The position numbers were made by a program, and so were the translations under genes. The notes beneath the pieces are model-generated. The model saw nothing but the letters and a program-made list of their open reading frames with translations. It was not told the DNA's origin and did no database searches. From positions 2,232,001-2,296,000 of the forward strand of contig OX337241.1 of the NCBI GenBank assembly GCA_946965045.2: 64,000 nucleotides of DNA, given 5' to 3'. The stretch is from Epithemia pelagica. Its lineage: Eukaryota > Protista > Bacillariophyta. Below are positions 10,517-22,120 of the stretch, one piece after another. Each line of letters opens with the position of its first letter. Positions within the stretch are counted from its first letter, which is position 1.

Positions 10517-12536
10517 TACACAAGCACTCTGGCCTCCTTGATTACTCTCATGATTCTGCTCTCAACGTCAACGGCACACGTAAAACTATCATCCGTCTCT
10601 CCCTTCCATGGCAAAGGAACCCAGGTTTCAGTCGCACTCTCCCTGCCATGGCAAAGGTTTCCAGGTTCCTTAGCATGATCTGTCAACTACCAGGTATTGA
10701 TGCAAACTTTCATGCAACGACACAGACCTGTGTAACCCAAGGGCTTTGGGGGCGTACTGCTGATGCTTTCAACGACATGGTCCTCAACGAGTCATCAGCT
10801 GGTCCCATTGCGGGAAGACGCAGCCTTGATCACTTGTACGACGACCCATACTTATGTCCAACTGATACTATCCGTGTTTCCGAGTGTCACTTATGGCTTG
10901 ATCATCGCTCAATCAAGTTTGCCCTGTGACAGCACTCAGAGGTTTTCGAGTGTGACACATGGCCTAATAATCATGATCACTTCACAATCAAGTTTCCACT
11001 CTCATCACGTTGACACTCAGGCAGTTTTGGGACTGGAAAATGCTTGAATCTAGCAACTTTCCCATCATTACCAAGTTCGAGCTCTCTCTTCCTGTGCACA
11101 CGCCCCCTGGATCGAACTTCTTCCTATTTCGGAGAGTGTTAGATGACATTGGACAGGCATAGGCAGGTCAATTACGGCTTCGTCCTCACCAATCGGCGTG
11201 TCCTCGACACATCCTGCTGTAGAATGCATAACGATGGTGGCATCTGTAGACTCTGTAGTGAACATGTGTGTGTGGGAGAATCTTCTTGAGGAATTTCAGG
11301 CAGTCGTATCTTCTTGAGGACTTTCAAGCAGTCATGTCACAATCGACCCTGGAGAGAAAAGGTTGATGGGAACATGGTAAGAGACGGAAGTGGAGGAAGG
11401 GTTTTACACGAAACCGTCCCCAGAGAACAATTTGGTCCGTTTTCCACATCGCTCTTTTGTTTATCGAGGTGCTCTTCCAGTACTTGGTTCCGGGAAGATG
11501 GCGAGTCTTCGTAGCATCCATAGTAAAAGCTTTTCGACCTTGGACTCAAAATCATAGTTTTTTCTCCAACGGTGGGAATTTTCATGATGTCGTTTCTTCC
11601 TGTATTTATGTCACAAAAGAAAGAATACATTCGTTTAGAACAATTTCATTTTCTTAGCATCACAAATATTTTTACACCAAGGCGTTCGCAGTACCTCTGA
11701 GTGTATCTTCCATTGAAAAACAACATCAACAACAATGAGCTTGTTGCAGCGGTGCTTTGGCTCCATGTGTGCTCTCGGATGGCAATTGAATACCTCACCA
11801 TTTTCCTGGCTCCTCCTCGACCTCCGCCGTGGAGATTTTCACTGAATTTCGAGCTCTTTCAGCCGCATCATTCTAAGTTCAAACCCAGGATGAATGATCT
11901 ATGGGGAGGAAAGACAGCGACAAGACAGCGAGAGTCGATGCTTCCATCTTCATCTTCCGCCAACACTGCGCATTTTGCTTGCTGCCTCATCTTGAAAAAA
12001 CTGAACATGATCTGATCGCTGATGCTGATGGCATGCATGGCCGTCTGACCGTCACCACTGGGAGGGCTTTCCCAAGAGGTATCGGAAGCACGTCGTGTGA
12101 GAAAGTGACGCGTGCTCATAATTGCCCTATGAGGGAGCCAGCATCGAATACTTAAGGTGAGTTTGGTCTTGTACGCTTCATAAATAGGCCCGACAACTTT
12201 TTGGTCAAAAGTACAGATCTTCATTTATGAGTGCTAGCTAGTACTCGTACATTACAACTCGAGCTATTCTACATTCAATTAAGCCTAGCTCGTGGTCGTT
12301 TATTGTAGTGTATGATATGAACTAAAGGGTCGTACTAATAATTCATAGCGTTCTCGAATTAAAAATCAGTAGGCGCGTACTTCCACTTATCTCGCCGACT
12401 CGAGACGCGCCGAAATATTCCTCAACGATGGTTTCTGGTCGCACTTTTGATATCCACAAGACTCAACCAACAGGAAAACCCGCTGACCAAACGCATGGAC
12501 AGAATCTCCTGCGTCTCACAATTTTGAGGTGCACAA

Positions 12537-13985
12537 GTGTTCTCGAGAAAAATGAGCCGCAAACCATGCCCAAGCAACGACAAGCACAATGAAATCGAAC
12601 AATGGGTGTTGCCGCAAGGAGCCGAGCACATTATTCGCCAGATTGCAGCCGAGCAAATCTTGTTTGAGTTGCTCGGTGACATCTTTAGCATGGCCTTGAT
12701 TGGACCAACATCCAAGAAGAAGATGCAAAAACCGGAATTTTCCTTGATACAAAGCATCTCCAAAGAGTTTCCCGCGGCTTGCCAAAGAACATATGAATTT
12801 CAATGGGAAGATGGGGCTACACGTGAATTGTATCCCTTGGCCGCTCTCTGCTGCCTGCGACCGCCTCTGGATGTTCTGGAAGTCGTTTACCAAGCCCACA
12901 AGACTGCGGTGACAGTGCCAGAAACTACACGAGAGTCACTTCCTTTGCACTACGCCTGTGGATTTGGAGCATCGGTGGATGTTGTTCAATATCTTTACGA
13001 GGCGTATCCTTCCTCCATTTCCGCTGGAAGAACAGATATGGTAACTCCACTTCACCTGGCGTGCGCTTACTACAAAGGTGGTCGGCCCGATGTTATCAAC
13101 TTCATCCTGGACAAGAACCCTAAGGGAGCAAGTCAACTTGCAACTGATATGGGATGGCTCCCCTTGCACTCGGCTGCTCATGGTGGTGTCCCTCTTTCAG
13201 CTATGAAGAGATTGGTAGACCTTGTTCCGCAAGGTGTTGAAACTCTGGACAGCAACGGGCGGACACCATTGCATGTAGGATGCGAACGAAAGGGTAACTT
13301 GGAGGGATTGCAGTTTCTCTTATCCAAAGCTCCGCATCTTCTTGATATGGAAGATGCATCTCGCTTTACCCCCATCAGTCTAGCCGCCATGCATCAATCT
13401 GTGGACGTCTTGAAAGTATTGCTACATGTCAACGAAACACTGGAAGACCATCATGGAGTGACCTTGCTTCACATGGCTGCTTTTCAGAATACGGCTGATG
13501 TTATCGACTTCTTGGCCAAGAGGTATCCATTTATGATCACGGCTCGAGTCAGAGATGGTGACATGTACACGCCATTGCTCGCGGCATGTCGGCATGAAGC
13601 TTCGCCGGATGTTGTGAGAGCCTTGATTCGGCATGATCCCCGCACTCTCAACATGCCAGATGGTGACGGACGACTTCCGATTGATTCTGCCCGACAGGCA
13701 GGTGCCGATCCCAGTATTCTTCAGGTGATTCAGGAAGAACTGAATGCGGCGGCAGCATCGTCGTTCAAGAACAGTTGGCCACGACCTTTTTCATCTAGGG
13801 GAACGGATGACTCATCCCAGTATTCTCTTGTTTCTGCCAACTTGTACTCTATTCCAACGATTGATGCTGCTCCGTCCATGTCTTCAGCGCCCTTATTATC
13901 TCACTGGACAAGAACATCATCCGATCCTGAGGCCCGGCCACGATGTTTACCGTGTCGCTTGTTTGGATTCTGGAGAAGGAAATAA
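12537..13985 (+). CDS. Ankyrin-repeat protein (diatom-type)
   Basis: Repeated LPLHYAC, TPLHLAC, LPLHSAA, TPLHVGC, TLLHMAA and TPLLAAC motifs; 482 aa. Confidence 0.9.
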   Translation: MFSRKMSRKPCPSNDKHNEIEQWVLPQGAEHIIRQIAAEQILFELLGDIFSMALIGPTSKKKMQKPEFSLIQSISKEFPAACQRTYEFQWEDGATRELYPLAALCCLRPPLDVLEVVYQAHKTAVTVPETTRESLPLHYACGFGASVDVVQYLYEAYPSSISAGRTDMVTPLHLACAYYKGGRPDVINFILDKNPKGASQLATDMGWLPLHSAAHGGVPLSAMKRLVDLVPQGVETLDSNGRTPLHVGCERKGNLEGLQFLLSKAPHLLDMEDASRFTPISLAAMHQSVDVLKVLLHVNETLEDHHGVTLLHMAAFQNTADVIDFLAKRYPFMITARVRDGDMYTPLLAACRHEASPDVVRALIRHDPRTLNMPDGDGRLPIDSARQAGADPSILQVIQEELNAAAASSFKNSWPRPFSSRGTDDSSQYSLVSANLYSIPTIDAAPSMSSAPLLSHWTRTSSDPEARPRCLPCRLFGFWRRK

Positions 13986-14257
13986 AGGTTCATGTTTGAT
14001 TCAAACATTTAACGATCGGTATTATTGAATTTATCGTGTAGCCTAACAGTATATCCGATGAGAGCCCAGCTTCAACGAGTCCGCTTTGACCAAGAAAAAC
14101 TCACCAGCACTCGCGCAAGTAGGAAGAATTACAACGTATCTAGTGGTTCTTACATTGTTTTGTTGAGCCAGGAGGACCTCTGACTCTCGTAGGTAATCAG
14201 AAGTCAAACAACTTTGAAGAATGATGATGCATCATGGCTCTTGCAGTTCGACAATAG

Positions 14258-15334
14258 TTAAATTCCATTTCCCAGTTCGTCCATTGCTTTGTTGAGCCAC
14301 GACTTGGCTTTTGTCATCCATGGCCACCGCTGCTCAGCCGACGACGTCAAGTCACTGTCTTGAGCGTATTTCGTTGTCGCATCCACCGCATACTGTATGA
14401 TTGCGTCGCTGACTTGGTCCACGACACTGGTGGTACCTGCCCAGAATGCCTTGTTGTCCTGAAGGTTGACGCCGATCATCTGGTCCAGATTGGTCATGAC
14501 GTATTCCTGCACCGTTTGAAGGACAAAGTCTTGCAGCATGGTCGTTAACTCTTCCACTGTCAGCCCTCGGCGTCCCGTCTCACGCAGCTTTTGTCGAGAC
14601 TGTCGTTTGATTTGTTTGGACAACCCTCTCAGAGCTGCCATGTCGTAGGTAACCACACCCAAATCTCGACCCAGAGGACGGCTGCGGATCGTGACGGTCA
14701 CGTTCCCCGACAAATCAATGGAACCGAACCGAATCCAAGAGTCTGGTTTGGGGGTCTTTGTTCCTTTTCTCTGGTTCGAAGCCTCTTCAGACTCAAAGAG
14801 GGGTGGGAACCCAATATCCGCCATTTCGTTCCAATTCGTTTGCGTCAGCATGAGATTGGTGAACTCAATGCCAACATCCACATGTTCCGACTCAATGTCC
14901 AATACGGGATCTGTATACTCCCAGTTCACCTTGATTCTTCCGATTCGCATCACGGACGGTCGACGGGGGAGACCAATGCTGAAATTGGTCAAAATCAAGT
15001 TGCTCGAAAGGATATGGAGTTGGGTTTTCTCACAATGGATCGACTTTCGCATTATATGAAGGTCTTTATCAATGTAGTCCGGCAGGAAAATCCCTCCATG
15101 GTCCACGAGTGTGGTAAGGAGTTCTCCGGGATCCACAGTGAGCATGGATGACCATAAAGAGCCGCTGCCGCCGTCGGCATGTATATTCGTTCGCCCATGG
15201 CGAGAAGAACGACCACCAAACCATCCAAATGGAAACGGAGCTCCATGAGTGACAGCGTATGGATGGAACGACAGAGTCGTCAACAGCAATCCCAAAAGAG
15301 CAGCACAGTGTATGTTCGTCCTCGTCATCATCAT
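14258..15334 (-). CDS. Hypothetical protein with signal peptide (possibly AsmA-like beta-rich)
   Basis: 358-aa ORF with N-terminal hydrophobic stretch (AALLGLLLTTLSF) and beta-rich core (LILTNFSIG...IGRIKVNW). Confidence 0.6.
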   Translation of the reverse strand: MMMTRTNIHCAALLGLLLTTLSFHPYAVTHGAPFPFGWFGGRSSRHGRTNIHADGGSGSLWSSMLTVDPGELLTTLVDHGGIFLPDYIDKDLHIMRKSIHCEKTQLHILSSNLILTNFSIGLPRRPSVMRIGRIKVNWEYTDPVLDIESEHVDVGIEFTNLMLTQTNWNEMADIGFPPLFESEEASNQRKGTKTPKPDSWIRFGSIDLSGNVTVTIRSRPLGRDLGVVTYDMAALRGLSKQIKRQSRQKLRETGRRGLTVEELTTMLQDFVLQTVQEYVMTNLDQMIGVNLQDNKAFWAGTTSVVDQVSDAIIQYAVDATTKYAQDSDLTSSAEQRWPWMTKAKSWLNKAMDELGNGI

Positions 15335-15519
15335 CGTCTCGATTGGCGTGAGCTATGCATTGTGCATCACCATCAATCGCTGCTTAAGATATTTACCTAC
15401 TAGCCTCAGAAGCTACGGGAAAAATAAGATGTCATGGATATTACTAGATACCTAGACAAAAGCGCATGGGTTGTTACTAGAGGAAAGCTTCTTATACCAT
15501 CAATTATGCTATAGGCTCT

Positions 15520-16605
15520 CTACTCATAGTCTTGAACGTCGTCATCATTGTCACCACCATATCCTTCAGTTGCACGCTCAACCATGCAAGAAATGAGCAT
15601 GACAAGTGTAGGTAAGGCAGCCCCACTGGGCCCATCCCCATCGAGCTTGTAGAACATGGGCCGAGACACAACATCACCTTTGATGTCAATCATGTTATTC
15701 TCGACCTTCTTCTCTAGGTGGATTGTTAGGTTGGTGGTGACGACTTTACTGTCATCCTGTTTGAGTTTCTCTTTTGTTTCAACGATGCCAGCAGCTTTGG
15801 CACTTGAAGCATTAGAAGCGACGCCACCACCACGATCCAACTGGCCCTCGAAAAGCCGCTGAGGGTCGAAAAGATACTCGGGCCATTTGTGGACGATCCG
15901 AATCTTCATACCACCAGGAGCAATGGAAACTGACATATCCTCCGCCCGTGTTCCCGATGGAAGAAGAACGAAGAAGCAAAGGCGAAGATTCTTGTCCTTG
16001 TCATGCCAATAAGAGTTCATCGTTGGCCAGTAGAGGTCTCCACTGGCATGCATCTTACCCTTCTTTGTCCCCCCTGTCTTTGCAGAGCGTGGTGTTTTCA
16101 TGCTGACACTTGCACCACCAGGAGTGGGAGAACCAAAGAATGCAGTGGCACGACCAGCTTGACCCATCAATCCACCCCCCGGAGACATAAACCCAACATG
16201 CTCTGCCTCTCCACGCCGGGCTCCCGTTGAGAGAGCCACATCCTCAGCAGCTTTCAGGTTGCGTTGGGCGTTCTTCCACGAGGAGCTGAAGTTCTGGAAC
16301 TTCAGCACCTCTCCTTCCGAAGCTTCGTAGACTGCCTTGTACTGTTCTCGGGAGGGATTAGGAGGCATCTTGCCTTCACTAATCTGCTTGCGAATGTATT
16401 CGCCTTGCTCCCCCTTCCAATTAAAAGCCTTTGTAGATTTCTTTGCCATGTTGTTTGATTGTTTGCTGCGTTCCTCTTGCGGTTTGGGAGTCGGCGCTTT
16501 GTGAGCCACCAAAGCAACAAAACCACATGAGTCCATCTGGTCCCTCTGGGATCTGGGAGGCGGAGAGAGGAGAGACCATACTGGGTGGATGGCATAATTC
16601 TTCAT
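15520..16605 (-). CDS. Harbinger accessory ORF A (putative DNA-binding/helper protein)
   Basis: 361-aa ORF inside the TIRs (possible start MAKKSTKAF at 16449). Shares two blocks with accessory ORF B: IRKQISEG..PN...FQNFSS and VLLPSG..A...SI...I.I.HKWP. Confidence 0.7.
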   Translation of the reverse strand: MKNYAIHPVWSLLSPPPRSQRDQMDSCGFVALVAHKAPTPKPQEERSKQSNNMAKKSTKAFNWKGEQGEYIRKQISEGKMPPNPSREQYKAVYEASEGEVLKFQNFSSSWKNAQRNLKAAEDVALSTGARRGEAEHVGFMSPGGGLMGQAGRATAFFGSPTPGGASVSMKTPRSAKTGGTKKGKMHASGDLYWPTMNSYWHDKDKNLRLCFFVLLPSGTRAEDMSVSIAPGGMKIRIVHKWPEYLFDPQRLFEGQLDRGGGVASNASSAKAAGIVETKEKLKQDDSKVVTTNLTIHLEKKVENNMIDIKGDVVSRPMFYKLDGDGPSGAALPTLVMLISCMVERATEGYGGDNDDDVQDYE

Positions 16606-16830
16606 TCATGGTTCAAGTGAAGACAAGATTGGTCGTTTGAAGGGCATATCATGGGCAGTGGTATTCGTTTTTGTCTGGACTAGAATATAGACGATAGTTA
16701 GCTTGCTGTCATTCAAAGTGTCTGTCTTTCCTACACAAGTTACTATGAGTCATTGTATGGCTGTATCTTAGGCGTGTGTTATGGGGAGTAGGGCGATTGG
16801 ATATTGGATAGTATGAAGGTATTATTACTC

Positions 16831-17754
16831 CTAAGCATAACCAGCAGGCATCGAAAAATGTCTGTCATCGTAGTCAACGTCGAAAAGAGTGAGTTCTCCA
16901 TTTTCGACAGAAAGCTGAACAATCACAGCAACTGCCCGAAACATGGCAGAGTGCTTGTCCAATGAATGCTTTGAGCATTCTTTGATGCACTTCCATTCCT
17001 TTAGGCGCCTGTTGATTGTTTCATGTCTGTTGCGGACGCGCTGTCGTAGCTCCACGTCCGCTGCTGTCCGCGAGTTCACTTCGGGCGTGAGAATTTTTGT
17101 AGGTTCGCCCACATATCCATCATCCGCTTCTGCCTTCTCGTTGTCATGTAGGAAAGACTTCATCGCGTGGCGGAAAATTTTAAGATCTGGCCAACGCCCG
17201 CAAGGGAAGGGTCCATGCACCCACACAATGTCACGGCTGCGGATGGACAGGCCAATCTCCCAACGAGTTCCAGGGCCGTTGAACTTGTGCGAAAACCAAC
17301 CCTTCCAAAAGGGCCGATAACTGGGAACCCTGGTGTCTGTTCCATCCACAGAAACTGTAGAATCGTTGTAGATGTCATTGTTGAATCGATTTTCCCAGCG
17401 AATTACAAGCGGTTTGAGAAACGAAAGCCCACGGACAAAATGCCAGCTCCACTTCCGAAATGTCTTGGGGTCCACTCTTCCACCATCCTCCCCTCCAGCA
17501 TCCTTAGCCATATCAGGCTCATCTGCGTAGGTCCGAAGAAGCATGAGAGCCCACAAAAGATGCTTGGGTTGTGGATTGTTTGGCATCTCATGCTCTCGTG
17601 CATCCTCCAAACGAACCCATAGGATGCTGCACATGGATGGCGAGGCCCCAAACTTGTTGGCCCAGAGACGCCGAAAGGTCTCCGTCTCGGAGATTCTCTT
17701 GCGCAAGATGCTTGCTCCCAGTTCCTGAAACAGCTCTGGAGCAATGGCGTTCAT
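16831..17754 (-). CDS. PIF/Harbinger (IS5-like, DDE_Tnp_4) transposase
   Basis: Motifs VSVDGTD, FSHKFNGPG, PDLKIF, ADDGY and RHETINRRLKEW. Likely start MNAIAPELF at 17754. No disablement seen. Confidence 0.9.
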   Translation of the reverse strand: MNAIAPELFQELGASILRKRISETETFRRLWANKFGASPSMCSILWVRLEDAREHEMPNNPQPKHLLWALMLLRTYADEPDMAKDAGGEDGGRVDPKTFRKWSWHFVRGLSFLKPLVIRWENRFNNDIYNDSTVSVDGTDTRVPSYRPFWKGWFSHKFNGPGTRWEIGLSIRSRDIVWVHGPFPCGRWPDLKIFRHAMKSFLHDNEKAEADDGYVGEPTKILTPEVNSRTAADVELRQRVRNRHETINRRLKEWKCIKECSKHSLDKHSAMFRAVAVIVQLSVENGELTLFDVDYDDRHFSMPAGYA

Positions 17755-17864
17755 CGTCGTTTTTGTTGGATTGTTGGGAGAATTGTGTGTGAGGCTGAAG
17801 ACGAATCGTGATATCGTTGATGAGGTAAGACACACTACTTAGAGTACCTACAGTAGAACTTATG

Positions 17865-18420
17865 AATACGTAAGTAGTGTACATCAGTATTCTGTACACC
17901 CGATGGATATCCATGGATACCCACGATACTCACAAAATCACAGATTTCCCGTGGAAACTGGGAATCCCAACAAGTCGAATTTTCCGACGCCATTTTCTCA
18001 GGCCTTGAAGGACCTCAGACAAAACCACACCAGGATCTGTTAGACCCCAATGGACCCTCAAGATCCCCCATGAAACATATGGGATTGGGGCATCGTGGCT
18101 CTCAGGATATGCTTGGGAAAGTGTGGATATCAACGCTTTTTTGATGATTTCACGACTTTCCCAAGCATATCCTGAGAGCCACAATGCCCCAATCCCATAT
18201 GTCTCTTGGGCGATGTTTAGGGTGCATTGAGGTCTAATGGATGCTGGTATGGCTCTGAGTGAAAAGCTCCACAGCTTGAGAAAATGGCGTCGGAATAATG
18301 GGAATGGTGGATACCCATGGACATCATGGATATCCACCATTCCCATCGTTTCATAGTTTTGCCATGGAGGTGCGAGAGCGCCGGCAGAGACCCATGTACA
18401 ATAATACGCACTACTTTAGA
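17865..18420. repeat. Long imperfect inverted repeat (foldback) centred near 18138
   Basis: Core arms 18075-18122 and 18155-18202 match at 47/48 as reverse complements. Outer matching blocks include TCCGACGCCATTTTCTCA / TGAGAAAATGGCGTCGGA and GGATATCCATGGATACCCAC-like sequences. Confidence 0.9.
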
Positions 18421-18860
18421 ACCATAAAGTGACACATACGAGTAATCCAAATAGTATTGTACAAATCCGGCCCATCCGGGATCTTTCTGGAATATATATA
18501 AAATACAAATATTGCCTTGGGATGGCTTCGTTTTATGCCTCTTGCGATATACTCCGACGTCCGTTGACGTGGTGTTCACATACAAATTTTCAATTCTAAG
18601 GCTTAAGTCTCGACGCTTTATACCTACGACTAGACACGACCAAGCGGGGTGATTGAGATGAAGAAACTACTGTGTGGTTGTGTGGAGCGAACACACTTTG
18701 CAACAAAAATGGTGGCGGCATCTCATTTTGTCTCATCTTGTGTTTTCCATTCGGCCATTGCGCCTCTACCTTTCGCACGGCTACTATCCATCAATCAAAC
18801 GCTTTGTCTCGTCTGAAGCTCATTTCTTGCTGATTGTTGGGTTTCTTCTTTGTAAGTGAA

Positions 18861-20679
18861 ATGCGTTTTCAAGAAGTCTTTGAAACAATGCGTCAGAGGT
18901 TTGACAATGGGCTTTGGGATCCTAACTTGTGTTCCAAAGCCCATGTTGAATACTTGTTTCATGAGAATGGGGGATTTGGAGTCGATTTTGAATCATTTTC
19001 CACCCTTTATCGTCGTGCTTGTTGTGAGGAACTCACAACCAAATGGAAGACCACTCGTGAACGAGAGAGGACTGCTGCTCTTGGAGTTGATGCTCCTCCT
19101 CCTCCTCTTGTTGCGAATCCTGTCGCAGGTGTGTTTGATTGTTGGTGTTTTGAGTTGCATGCAGCTTTCTCACATCATTGTTGTTTCAGTTGTGCCAGTC
19201 AACATGTTTTCGTCCTTTCGTGACAATGTGGAGGAGTCAGACGACGATGAGAGCTATGACGATAATGAGGAAGAAGACGACGGGGCGGAACAACAAGACG
19301 GCTATGCGGAGCAGGTCTTTGGAAGCACAGGTGGTGCTGGCATGGGGAAAGGCGAGGGAGGAGGGGATGGCTACGTTGTCCTGGGTGACAGTGCCCCCAA
19401 TCGTGATGCTTTCCTAGACGAAAAAATGAAGAAGATGTCGATAGCCCCCCAAAAAATGGTGGCTTTGGTTGATGGGCCAGTATCCCCGTTTCCAGTGATC
19501 TTTTAATCTTGGAAAGCCCATGATGGGCAGAAGCGACTCTCGGTCGCAGTGAATCTGCTTTCGGGGGTGGAGGCAAAGGCAGTCGCCCCCTCTATTACGA
19601 AGAACTCAGAGATCCAACTTACTCTGAAGTGGCCAAAGGCAACAACAAGTGTGGCACAGTTTGTTCCTGTCAAGTTCCTTGCCCAGCTTCACCGGTATGG
19701 CCACACAGCTATTGGGCCTCCCCGCAATGCTGAAGAGATGAAGACCTACCCCTTCCAGACTGTGCCTGTTGTCTCCAATCTGGTCGTTCAGATGGACAAA
19801 TGGAAGAAGCGGTCGAACGTGCCCGGGGAGGATATGCAGCCAAGCATGACAATCAACCTCAGTGCCCCTTGTCAGCTCGACCCGATCCCAGTTGGGAACT
19901 CCTTTGATTTGATGGGCCTGGAGGGAGATCGTGTGACGCTGAAGAGCCACGGATACTGGTGTGGCGCTCTTCTGTTGGAGTGTGAAGGACAACGCAACAC
20001 CTTCCGTAAGCCTGTGGGGCCAGACCACTACACATTTGTTTGTCGGAGCAACGGAGGATGGGCGAGTCAGCAGGATACAGATGAGCTAATGGAGGATGCA
20101 AACGAAAGCAACAACAACGCAAACAATCAGCGACCAAAGCGTACGCGCACTACAAACGCTACATCAACCACAATTGCAGCCAACGATCTCATGCAAGAGA
20201 ATGAGATGCTGAAGAGTCGCCTCGAAGAGGTGCAATCTGCGCACACCGAGGCCGTGAAGCAGATGCTCTCGGCCGAGCAGTATGCCGAAAGTTGCAAGAA
20301 AGATGTCGAGTTTCTCCGTGCATCTGTAGAACTCAAGAAGCATGCTTTGGAACAAGCCAAGGCTGAGGCGGAGACACATGCTCGGGCAGCCCAAGAAATG
20401 TCAAACGACATTCACACAAAATTCGCTGGGCATGCACGTTCTTGCATGGAGATGGCTCGGCAAGCTGTACTCAGCACCGAAAAATGTCTGGATGAGGCGA
20501 ACAAGGACTTGAACTCTCCAGGAGTCACCACTCACGCAAACGCTGCACGAGAATATGTGAAAAAGACGGTCCAGCTCTATCAGAAGCACTTTGGTGAGGG
20601 AACTGCAGTCGTCGGGAACCAGGATCGAAACATGGAGACAGCAACAGCAGTGAGCGACTTTGACGACTTTGATAATTAG
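18861..20679 (+). pseudogene. Harbinger accessory ORF B, paralog of ORF A; spliced, with one in-frame stop
   Basis: ATG at 18861, GT-AG intron 19129-19189, TAA at 19504-19506. The frame continues (PFPVIF*SWKAHDGQKRLSVAVNLLSG) into ORF 19549..20679, which ends in a coiled coil. Confidence 0.7.
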
Positions 20680-21228
20680 GTACCATATAACAATGACTAC
20701 TAGTTTCTACATTCAATTGATTCTCTAAGAGCTCTTGGTCTTCTCGGTGGAATTGTGATGAGGCCGCAAAGCTGTAGACTAGAGGACGATGGAGTCACAT
20801 AGCGACTCCTTAGGGATGCCCTTGGATAACCATGCACATCTCGTTTTTCCCGTAGCTTCTCATGGTTTTGCTACGCGCAAAAATAATTTGGATCCCAAAA
20901 GAACACGAAAAAGTTCTGTGATATTGCCACTATCAGATAAAAAGTAGGATCTTTTGCCAGAATCGCGCCAATTTCTCCCTGTGCAATTTGGGGGGGAAGC
21001 CTACTTTCTAGCGTCTGAAGTACGTATCATTTCGATCTATTTAAATTGTACAATAAAAGACACAGCATGACATATTTCAAGACGATGGGTAGTGTCCAGG
21101 AAGATCACTCTTGACTCTTGACACATGAATGTGGCACCGCAATCGGAGAATTATTTCGGTTGTCGTCGCTGGCAGTGATCAAGGTCAAACACAAGAAGAA
21201 GCAGAACCAGAAACAAAGCACATGCACA

Positions 21229-21927
21229 ATGGCACCCTCCGACTTGAGTAGAGCAATTGCTGAAGACAGTTGGGATCGGGCCCTTCAATTGGCGCGACCG
21301 GAGATGGCCTGTGTTTGGTCCAAGAGAGATGGTTTCTTCGACGGGAAAACGGCGGCCGATGTCCTGCCCTTGCACGAAGCGTTGGTCGGGCATGCCCCCT
21401 ATGAACTCATTGTAGCGATTGTCCGAGCCTATCCTCATGCCCTTGCGGCGACCGAGTCCTCCTACAAGCGATTGCCCTTGCATTGCGCCTGCCGCAAAGG
21501 GGCTGATCCCAAGGTAATTGGCTTCCTCGTAGAACAGTACAAGGCCGCTTGCCTCGTCCCGGATAGCCTTGGACGTTGCCCCATTCACTACGTGTTGACG
21601 AATGGTGCGGATATTCGAATCTGTAAGATTCTCATTCATGCCAACCCCCAGGTTGCTCGCAGTGTGGATGATCGGGGATGGACTCCTGCGCACGTGGCTG
21701 TCAATGTGGGTGCATCTCAGGAAATTGTCCAACTGTTATTGGATGCCTACCCAGAAGCAACTCTCATTCGTACTGCGAAAGGTTCCAGTATTCGCATTTC
21801 AGCCGGAAATAGCCCGAATGCAGCGGAACTTGAGGCTCTGGTCCGCGAAACCCGTGCTGAAGTGGATGAAAACGTTCATCTACCTTCCCTGCAGAAAAAG
21901 CCGAATCTTGGTCATGAATTGAGCTGA
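21229..21927 (+). CDS. Ankyrin-repeat protein
   Basis: Motifs LPLHEAL, LPLHCAC, CPIHYVL and TPAHVAV; likely start MAPSDLSR at 21229. Confidence 0.85.
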   Translation: MAPSDLSRAIAEDSWDRALQLARPEMACVWSKRDGFFDGKTAADVLPLHEALVGHAPYELIVAIVRAYPHALAATESSYKRLPLHCACRKGADPKVIGFLVEQYKAACLVPDSLGRCPIHYVLTNGADIRICKILIHANPQVARSVDDRGWTPAHVAVNVGASQEIVQLLLDAYPEATLIRTAKGSSIRISAGNSPNAAELEALVRETRAEVDENVHLPSLQKKPNLGHELS

Positions 21928-22120
21928 TGGCCTTCTCTTTCTTCGATACCATTTGTCAGATAGTCGTGCTCATTAATTAGTTAGTTCATCTGTGTGAGAA
22001 ACGTCAAACAGGAATCGTTACATTTACGGTCAACTCCGTACCTTAACTAGAATATGTTACTGCTAATGAATTTATGCATGTCATAGTGAAACGGTATGGG
22101 CCAGGTTAGTGCGGAAATGT

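Larger units (their letters stand above)
15409..20859. mobile_element. PIF/Harbinger-type DNA transposon, 5451 bp, three ORFs
   Basis: Left TIR GAAGCTACGGGAAAAATAAGATGTCATGG from 15409. Right end CCATGCACATCTCGTTTTTCCCGTAGCTTC ends at 20859; the first 16 bp are a perfect inverted match. 3-bp TSD TCA at 15406-15408 and 20860-20862. Encloses a DDE transposase. Confidence 0.9.

Noticed and set aside
17930-18585. ORFs 17930..18346 and 18217..18585
   Set aside because: They lie in the foldback/promoter region and have no protein features.
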